Below, piece by piece: positions 56,881 to 64,000 of a DNA stretch of 64,000 nt (position 1 is the stretch's first letter; each line of letters starts with the position of its first letter). Both the position numbers and the translations under genes were made by a program. This DNA comes from a virus, in the IMG/VR virus record IMGVR_UViG_3300030108_004141, positions 15,764 to 79,763 of that record; one strand, given 5' to 3'. The notes beneath the pieces are model-generated. The model ran no database searches. It was not told the origin of the DNA and saw only the letters and a program-made list of their open reading frames with translations.

Positions 56881-57710
56881 AAGTTTTGTTAGCATTGCTG
56901 AGTATTTTATTGGTGGGGTGCACGGCAGAAACGGTTAATCAAGAGTTCACATCTGTGGTGCCGAAAGTTGCAGAAACACCAATGAAGAAGAGTTTGAAGG
57001 AGTTTCCTGCAATAAAAAATGGGAAACCTGTTTCGGTTGCAGTATATAGTTTCTCTGATAAAACTGGTCAGAGAAAGCCATCTGATAATATAGCACAACT
57101 CAGCAGTGCAGTTACGCAGGGTGGAGAAATTTATTTGATAAAGGCTTTGATGGATTTATCTGATGGTAAGTTCTTCAATGTTGTGGAAAGAGGAAGCATA
57201 GAATATCTTTTAAAAGAGCGGCAAATAATACGAAATGCAAGAAAAACATTTGACGGAGGAAAAGCGAAAAGATTAGGAGCACTACAGTTTGCGGGTATAA
57301 TGATAACTGGAGGTGTTGTTGGATATGATTCGAATAAATTCACTGGTGGTGCAGGTGTTAGATTATTAGGTATCGGACCGATGAACCAGTGGAGGGTGGA
57401 CGTTGTGACTATAGGTTTAAGAGCAGTCAGCGTGTTGACAGGGGAAGTGCTGATTTCTGTTACAACCGAAAAGACCATTTTGAGCACAAGCGTGGGATTG
57501 AATGTGTTCAAATTTTACGATATGGGAACTAAAGTTCTTGAAGTAGAGGCAGGAACTTCGACCAACGAACCAATAAACTATGCGGTCAGGCAGGGTATTG
57601 AGTCAGCTGTGATCGAGTTAGTGAAAGAAGGAAAGAGAAAAAACTTCTGGAATTACGAAGAAACAAATGACCAAAGCTCTGAGTTAACAACGAAAGGAAA
57701 AAATAAATGA
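56877..57710 (+). CDS. csgG: Curli secretion channel lipoprotein CsgG
   Basis: Lipobox LVGC, VAVYSF.DKTGQRKP, SSAVTQG, VVER..I..L.KERQIIR, GGVVGYD.N..TGG.G, NEP...AVR..IE.AV. Confidence 0.93.
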   Translation: MKVLLALLSILLVGCTAETVNQEFTSVVPKVAETPMKKSLKEFPAIKNGKPVSVAVYSFSDKTGQRKPSDNIAQLSSAVTQGGEIYLIKALMDLSDGKFFNVVERGSIEYLLKERQIIRNARKTFDGGKAKRLGALQFAGIMITGGVVGYDSNKFTGGAGVRLLGIGPMNQWRVDVVTIGLRAVSVLTGEVLISVTTEKTILSTSVGLNVFKFYDMGTKVLEVEAGTSTNEPINYAVRQGIESAVIELVKEGKRKNFWNYEETNDQSSELTTKGKNK

Positions 57711-58399
57711 AAGCATTGTCAGCGTTCCTGTTGACTATGTTTATAATGTCTTCTGCTTTAGCAGATAATAAGATTTACATTGATCAAACAGGATCAAGCG
57801 CAAACATAAACGTAAACCAAGACGGATCGGGAAACCGTGTTGGTACGAGCAGCGATGTCAGCACAAGTAGCGGTGCATCAACAACCTTAGATATAGACCA
57901 AGTCGGATCGAGCAATGTCTTAGATTATGATATCTTTGGTTCTACTGCTAATGTCACTTCAAATACTCAAGGTAACAGTGGTGATATTGGAATTAATATT
58001 GGTACAACAGGTGGAACCAACGGCGGCTCAGATGATGTCGATGTTACTATCAATAACACTGGTAATTCTAATACAGTGGATGTCAACATAGGGACGAGTG
58101 CTTCTGATGTCGATGATGTCGATGTAGACATTGATATCACAGGTGCATCTAATACTGTGACTGTGAATGAAAATTCAACAGCATCGAGTGTTTCGGATAA
58201 GATCACTAATATCGATATCACAGGTGGGTCTAACACTGTAACAGCCACTAAAACTGGTGCAGCTCAGCATGATACGACAATAGATCATACTGGTAGCAGC
58301 TCTACAATTAGTGTAACACAATCTGGCGCGGAGGCGAGCACAGTTGATCTTACTACGGATGGCTCTAGTTCTACTGTTACTATCACTGTCGCCGATTAG
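57707..58399 (+). CDS. Curlin-like (CsgA/B-like) secreted repeat protein
   Basis: Signal peptide ALA-DN; repeated I.Q/I.G..N beta-solenoid units; S/T/G/N/D-rich. Confidence 0.75.
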   Translation: MKALSAFLLTMFIMSSALADNKIYIDQTGSSANINVNQDGSGNRVGTSSDVSTSSGASTTLDIDQVGSSNVLDYDIFGSTANVTSNTQGNSGDIGINIGTTGGTNGGSDDVDVTINNTGNSNTVDVNIGTSASDVDDVDVDIDITGASNTVTVNENSTASSVSDKITNIDITGGSNTVTATKTGAAQHDTTIDHTGSSSTISVTQSGAEASTVDLTTDGSSSTVTITVAD

Positions 58400-59414
58400 T
58401 TTCGCAGGGATAGGATCAGTAGAAAAAAATACAGGCACTGCAGATCTGTTTCGCAGCAAAGAAAAACTTGTTGTGAAACGGAATCTGGGTGTCGAAATGA
58501 ACGATGACATACGCACGGGCAACGGCACAGTCAATATCGGTTTTGATGATAAGACTAAAGTCCGTGTGGAAAAACACAGCAAGTTAGTCATAGATGATTT
58601 CGTGTATGATAGTAGCAGACCTACAACTAGCAGACTTGGACTAAAGGTTGCACTCGGAACAGTAAAATATGCCAGCGGTTTGATTGCTAAAAATAATAGA
58701 CAGGCTGTAAACATAAGCACGCCAACTGCACGTATCGGTGTTTTGGGAACCTCCTTCAGCATGACAGTTGATGAGATAGGTAAATCTCTCATCATACTGC
58801 TGCCCAATGCTGACGGCTCGGTTGGTAAAATTGTTGTGGAGTCTGATGTCGGTCAAGTCATAATGAATCAAGCATATCAGGCAACTGTTGTAGGAACTTC
58901 AGAAACGAAGCCGAGCAGACCTGTCATATTAGATTTATCAATAGATCAAATTAATAATCTATTGATCATAAAGAAGCCCAAGGAAAAAGAGGAAGAGGGT
59001 AATGGCTCGAACGGTGGTAAGAATATTTTAGATTTCAATGAGCTTGATATAAACACTCTTGATGAAAACAATTTAGAGGGTGATGAGTTAGAGTTTACAA
59101 GGTTAGATTTCAATCTTTTAGATATGAACTTGTTAGCTAATATTTTAGATGCTCTCAATAAAAGTTTGTTTGCAGCTACAGAGCTCTTTCCGAAGAACCC
59201 GATAAAGGCTGGTGCATATGAAGAAGGAAATACACAGATATTTGAGGATGGAAACTCATGGGTGATATATCGTCAGTTTGATAACAGGATTGCTGAAATT
59301 ACAGTGGGTATTGACTCCCAAACACAAATACAATTAAATCAGGCAGGAAGCGATGTCATACTTCATACTCAAGAAAATGCCTCTGATTCTCTTATTGTTA
59401 TTAATCAGAACTGA
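58359..59414 (+). CDS. Secreted FecR-domain protein
   Basis: Signal peptide, D.IRTG.G...I.F.D.T.V, S.L.ID.FVYD, I.TPTA.IGV.GT.F. Confidence 0.85.
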   Translation: MALVLLLLSLSPISFAGIGSVEKNTGTADLFRSKEKLVVKRNLGVEMNDDIRTGNGTVNIGFDDKTKVRVEKHSKLVIDDFVYDSSRPTTSRLGLKVALGTVKYASGLIAKNNRQAVNISTPTARIGVLGTSFSMTVDEIGKSLIILLPNADGSVGKIVVESDVGQVIMNQAYQATVVGTSETKPSRPVILDLSIDQINNLLIIKKPKEKEEEGNGSNGGKNILDFNELDINTLDENNLEGDELEFTRLDFNLLDMNLLANILDALNKSLFAATELFPKNPIKAGAYEEGNTQIFEDGNSWVIYRQFDNRIAEITVGIDSQTQIQLNQAGSDVILHTQENASDSLIVINQN

Positions 59415-60159
59415 GGCTATCGCAGATAACGCCATAACTATCGAACAGGTTACGAGCGGAAATAATAATAACATCACTGTGAATGTTGATGGCAGCAGCA
59501 ACGAGGTTGATTTTAGCTATGGTGGTGCAGGAAACACTGTTGATATTGATCAGGTGGGTAAAAATGCATATGTCGGACACTCACATGTTTGGGGAAGTGG
59601 TGCCTCACATGGTGGCGACTTAGACGGCGATGATAATAATTTCGAGGTCAAGCAATATTGTAATCAGTCAACGTGTGGCGGCGATGAGTTTGAGTTTCAT
59701 ATTTTAGGTGATGATAATAGTGTCATGTTTGGGCAAGGTTATGAACTATCTGATAGCACGGATACAACCTTTGATCAGGATGATAAGGAGCATGGTGGAC
59801 ACTTTGTTAGGTTGGATATTCACGGCGATAATAATAACTTCAAAGGAAGTCAAAGAGCACAACATAGCGGTCACGAGCATAGCAACATCACCTATATATA
59901 CGGTGACAACAATGATGTTTTCACAAGACAGGTTTCCAACGTTGGTAAGACTATCAATCTTACGATCAACAACGATGGGAATGATGTCAGTTTGAACCAA
60001 AAGGGAAGTGCTGCTCATGCTGCGACGGTGACATTAAATGGAACATATGGGACAAATTTAGATTTAGTGCAACAAGGCTCAACAGCGCAATCATATAGTT
60101 TATCTCAAAACTGTTTGACGACTGGTGGTTGTAATGTGAGTGTGACTCAAGGACAATGA
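59377..60159 (+). CDS. Second curlin-like (CsgB-like) repeat protein
   Basis: Signal peptide AIA-DN; I.Q..G..N and I.GD.N repeats; His-rich inserts; two Cys pairs. Confidence 0.7.
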   Translation: MPLILLLLLIRTEAIADNAITIEQVTSGNNNNITVNVDGSSNEVDFSYGGAGNTVDIDQVGKNAYVGHSHVWGSGASHGGDLDGDDNNFEVKQYCNQSTCGGDEFEFHILGDDNSVMFGQGYELSDSTDTTFDQDDKEHGGHFVRLDIHGDNNNFKGSQRAQHSGHEHSNITYIYGDNNDVFTRQVSNVGKTINLTINNDGNDVSLNQKGSAAHAATVTLNGTYGTNLDLVQQGSTAQSYSLSQNCLTTGGCNVSVTQGQ

Positions 60160-60160
60160 A

Positions 60161-60415
60161 ATGAAATATGTAATATTAGTTTTTATGGCATTTATAGACC
60201 CATCCTATGCGGGCTGGGATAACTCGGTTTATATAACGCACGAAGGTGATAAGCCATTAGTCTTCACGAAAGAAGAAGAATGTTTCAAATACGCAGAAAA
60301 AAATCAAAATGATCTCTTTCGATTCGCATATAGTATGTTTGATGGTGATGCTATCCCCTCAGCTATGACCTGTGTGCCAGAGGATAAAAAAGCTGGACCA
60401 GGGATGAATGCATGA
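60161..60415 (+). CDS. Small secreted hypothetical protein
   Basis: N-terminal hydrophobic segment; F...EEC ... CV Cys pair. Confidence 0.55.
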   Translation: MKYVILVFMAFIDPSYAGWDNSVYITHEGDKPLVFTKEEECFKYAEKNQNDLFRFAYSMFDGDAIPSAMTCVPEDKKAGPGMNA

Positions 60416-62241
60416 AGAAATTTTTGCTAGCATTTTTTGTGTTAGCTGCAGTTTGTAGCGTTCGTTATTTAGATCCTTGGTTTATGGAGGTGGTGAGACT
60501 CAAGGCTCTCGATATCCACCAACAACAGCAAGATCCGATCGAATTACAAGATATCGTAACTGTAACTATTGATAACAAGACTGTGAGGAAATATGGTCAG
60601 TGGCCATGGAGTAGAGATATTCTCGCGAGAGAGATTGACCGCCTTCATATGCATGGGGCTGGTCTTATTGTTATGCCAATCCTGTTCGCGGACAAAGACA
60701 GATTCGGTAAAGATTCTGACTTTGTCAAACAACTGCAACGTGTTGTTGTCGGGCAGATACCCTCTGGAGAACGAAAGGGCAATCCAGTTGCGCGTGGTGT
60801 GTCCCAGATAGGATTAGACTGGCAACCTTGGCTCTACTCATACAACACAGCTGTCGGTCCGATAAAACAAATCGGTGATGCTGCAGCTGGTGTAGGCATG
60901 ATGAACACTACACCCGAAGCCGATGGCGTTGTTCGTCGCCTCCCTCTTGTAGTTCGTATTGATGATAAAATGTATCCCTCACTGGCGATAGAAACTTTGC
61001 GTGCTGCTATCGGCGTTCCTAGCTATGATATAAAAACTGGTGACGCTGGTGTAGAAAAGATACGCGTCAAAGGATTCAAAATCATAACGACTGATTCTAA
61101 TGCATCTATCTGGCTCGATTTTAAATATAAAACGAAAACATACAGCCTGAGTGAGCAACTGCCAGATTTACGTGGTAAGATTGTAATCTTATCGCCAACT
61201 GCCTCTGGTATCGATACTGTCGTTCCGACTCCTGTAGGTGCGATCTATGCGCATGATGTAATTGCTACCTCAATCGGGACGATGATATCAGGAGTGAATA
61301 TCACTCGACCTTGGTGGTCAGATATAGCAGAGCTCGGTGTGACATTCGTTATGGGTTTGATCCTAGTCATTGTAGTTTTAACATTACCTTGGTTGTTCAG
61401 TCTCATCATGCCTGTATTTGTAGTGGGCAGTTATTTCGCCAGCTCCTATCTTTTTACCAGTCATGGGTATCTTATAGATTGGTCCTTCCCAGCGTTTGCG
61501 CTTTTCGTCGCTTGGGCTGTCGCTGCGTTCTTCCGATTCATACTCGAATATCGTTTGCGGCAACAAATCAAAAAGCAGTTTGAACATTATCTTGATCCTC
61601 GTCAGGTTGCTGTACTACAGAAAAACCCAGATATGTTGAAGCTGGGTGGTGATAGACGCGAAATGTCATTTTTGTTTATGGATATTGTAGGATTCACTCC
61701 GATATCTGAGCATTATAAAAACAACGATGATCCCGAAGGATTGGTCGAGTGTATCAATGATTATTTAGATCGTATGACCAAGATAGTATTAGACAATGGG
61801 GGAACGGTCGATAAGTACATGGGCGACTGTATCATGGCATTTTGGAACGCACCTCTGCCCTGCGATAATCACGCTGAGATGGCTGTCAAAACAGCAATGG
61901 AGTGTGCCATAGAAACGGAGGATCTAAAACGTGCATTCGCAGAAAAAGGATTACCAGAAATCAATATCGGATCTGGTGTCAACACTGGTACGTGTATCGT
62001 CGGTAATATGGGCAGCTCTACTCGTTTTGATTATTCTGTTATTGGAGACGCAGTAAATTTAGCTGCTAGATTAGAGGCAGCGACTCGAAATTATAAAACT
62101 GAAACTGGTAATGTGACCCCAGTTATCCTTTCATCTTACACTCAAGAGCAGCTGCCGAAGGAATTTACCTGTGTTGAGCTGGATAAGATCAAAGTTAAGG
62201 GCAAAGAGGAGCTGGTCACCATATATTCTCCTAAATTTTAA
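60412..62241 (+). CDS. CHASE2-domain membrane adenylate cyclase (class III)
   Basis: GQWPWSR, DGVVRRLPL (CHASE2); three TMs; FMDIVGFT, DKYMGDC, DYSVIGDAVNLAARLE, VKGK. Confidence 0.93.
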   Translation: MKKFLLAFFVLAAVCSVRYLDPWFMEVVRLKALDIHQQQQDPIELQDIVTVTIDNKTVRKYGQWPWSRDILAREIDRLHMHGAGLIVMPILFADKDRFGKDSDFVKQLQRVVVGQIPSGERKGNPVARGVSQIGLDWQPWLYSYNTAVGPIKQIGDAAAGVGMMNTTPEADGVVRRLPLVVRIDDKMYPSLAIETLRAAIGVPSYDIKTGDAGVEKIRVKGFKIITTDSNASIWLDFKYKTKTYSLSEQLPDLRGKIVILSPTASGIDTVVPTPVGAIYAHDVIATSIGTMISGVNITRPWWSDIAELGVTFVMGLILVIVVLTLPWLFSLIMPVFVVGSYFASSYLFTSHGYLIDWSFPAFALFVAWAVAAFFRFILEYRLRQQIKKQFEHYLDPRQVAVLQKNPDMLKLGGDRREMSFLFMDIVGFTPISEHYKNNDDPEGLVECINDYLDRMTKIVLDNGGTVDKYMGDCIMAFWNAPLPCDNHAEMAVKTAMECAIETEDLKRAFAEKGLPEINIGSGVNTGTCIVGNMGSSTRFDYSVIGDAVNLAARLEAATRNYKTETGNVTPVILSSYTQEQLPKEFTCVELDKIKVKGKEELVTIYSPKF

Positions 62242-62266
62242 TTTTTTTTCATTTTTTTTCCTTTTT

Positions 62267-62299
62267 TCACTTTACAATATCCTCATTATATGCTAGAAT
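62267..62299 (+). promoter_or_regulatory. Strong sigma70-like early promoter with upstream T-tracts
   Basis: T-tracts 62242-62267, TCAC-TTTACA-N17-TAGAAT, extended TG. Confidence 0.75.
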
Positions 62300-62328
62300 G
62301 TATATATTGATTGAGAGGAGAATATATT

Positions 62329-62586
62329 ATGATCAACGCTTTAACAAATCGCCCCTACACTGGTCAAAACGCCGATACCCTCATGACTTCTGGTTATGAT
62401 GATCCTCGCTTCATGACTTTCGCTCAGGCTCGTAAAATGGGTCGGAAGGTCAAGAAGGGTTCCAAAGGTATCGGTCTTATCCGCATTATCGAGGTGGAAA
62501 AGGTCGATCGTGCGACTGGTCGCATCGAGCGCAAGAAGTCTCCTAAGTATTTCACAGTGTTTAACTGGTCTCAGACGGAGGGTTGA
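62329..62586 (+). CDS. ArdC N-terminal (ssDNA-binding)-like protein
   Basis: N..T.RPY.G.N...L, FMTF.QA...G.KVKKG.KG, YF.VFN..Q. Confidence 0.8.
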   Translation: MINALTNRPYTGQNADTLMTSGYDDPRFMTFAQARKMGRKVKKGSKGIGLIRIIEVEKVDRATGRIERKKSPKYFTVFNWSQTEG

Positions 62587-62718
62587 ATGTTTAAGCTGTT
62601 TGTTGATGGTGTCGAGTTTGCCGAGGAAGAAGACTTCGGTAATGCTATGGAGCTGTTAGCGGTTCTTGAGGAAACTATGCCCGATAGTAAATTTTGGGTC
62701 GAGACACCCGACTCATAA
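62587..62718 (+). CDS. Small acidic hypothetical protein (43 aa, not in ORF track)
   Basis: GGAGG SD; MFKLFVDGVEFAEEEDFG... Confidence 0.55.
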   Translation: MFKLFVDGVEFAEEEDFGNAMELLAVLEETMPDSKFWVETPDS

Positions 62719-62719
62719 C

Positions 62720-62751
62720 TCCCTTGCTTTTGTTGTAAATTATGATAGAGT
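62720..62751 (+). promoter_or_regulatory. Sigma70-like promoter, TCC(C/A) family
   Basis: TCCC-TTGCTT-N16-TAGAGT; ATG 62758 6 nt after the -10. Confidence 0.55.
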
Positions 62752-62757
62752 ATGATC

Positions 62758-63209
<452 letters not shown>

Positions 63210-63210
<1 letters not shown>

Positions 63211-63923
63211 TGGCATTTGTGTATCTTTGGTATGTGAAATCTACCAGAAAGTTTTATCTGGGTGTGCACAATGGCAAAGACCCACACTACACACATTCAT
63301 CCTCCTCATCGATAGAGTTCCAATCCATAGTTCCTGGCTCGAGCAAAACTCTGTCAGAAAGAAAAGATTTCCTTGAAAATATGCCAAAGGGTATTTCTAG
63401 AAAAATAATTGCTAGAGGAACAAACGATGAGATGTTTGAGCTGGAGCACAAACTCCTAAAGAATAGGTATGGTCGTTGTTGGGATCGATATTACAACGAA
63501 AGTTTAGGTGATCCGCGATACATCGATATGTCTGGAAAAAACAATCCTATGTATGGGAAAACCCATACACCAGAAGCGAGAAGAAGAGTTTCTGAAGCTC
63601 AAACTGGTTCTGGCAATTCTCAATCTGGCACTATGTGGATAACTGATGGGAATGAAAATAAGAAAATCAAAAAAAGAGATTGGATTCCAACTATTTTTGC
63701 GCGAGATCTAATGTTAGCTGGTTGGTACAACTCTCGAAAACAACATCCAAATGTTCCAAAATTTGGAGACCTAAATGCGGGCAAACCTAATAGAGCACCA
63801 ACATCATTGGGAAAACACTGGTACACAGATGGAAAAACTGAGATGCTAGTTTTTCCTGAAACTCCATTGCCCTCAAGTTTCAAACGAGGTAGAATAGTTC
63901 ATCCTAGAATGAGGCGAGGATGA
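63210..63923 (+). CDS. Putative GIY-YIG/NUMOD3-type homing endonuclease
   Basis: AFVYLW...KFYLGVH...Y..SS, E..LL, YYN; NNPMYGKTHT.E (NUMOD3); WITDG and WYTDG repeats. Confidence 0.75.
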
Positions 63924-64000
63924 AACCCCAGATTGGTATGGATGTAGCTGAATTATTTGTTCGATCCGGTTTAGTCAAGTCTAAGACCGAAGCTAGGAGG
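63920..64000 (+). CDS. Partial ORF, S4-like RNA-binding motif
   Basis: MKPQIGMDVAELFVRSGLVKSKTEARR resembles the TyrRS C-terminal S4 motif; truncated by the window end. Confidence 0.45.
   Translation, partial: MKPQIGMDVAELFVRSGLVKSKTEARR

Overview
This 64 kb window is a segment of a large T4-like myophage genome, and all credible genes lie on the + strand. The host is probably a marine or aquatic Alphaproteobacterium; this is inferred from the alphaproteobacterial-type PstS, a ROSE-like element and a curli module like that of pelagimyophages. The window runs from the 3' end of the major capsid gene gp23 through the replication/recombination core (gp3, uvsY, uvsW, gp55, gp47/46, gp45/44/62, regA, gp43, uvsX, gp41, gp61, thyX, nrdA/B). 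Accessory genes are interleaved: an N-formyl-perosamine-type sugar cassette, a second glycan cassette, peptide deformylase, hsp20, pstS, PaaA- and PaaD-like genes, and a late-promoter curli operon (csgF, csgG, two curlins) with a FecR protein and a CHASE2 adenylate cyclase. The most striking unexplained structures are these. (1) A ~31-39.5 kb late locus that looks like a capsid-cargo system: T4 internal-protein-like targeting peptides, a 964-aa polyprotein with three repeated E-x-I-D-x-x-F-E-x-F-L-(S)-E linkers, an RNA-ligase-like protein, a tandem 16-nt-loop RNA operator and a dnaX-type -1 frameshift site. (2) A tRNA-Pro and a tRNA-like element nested in-frame inside a protein-coding gene. 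(3) Twelve sigma70-like promoters, nearly all carrying TCC(C/A) next to the -35, several placed to make leaderless mRNAs. All family assignments come from motif recognition by eye; no database search was run.
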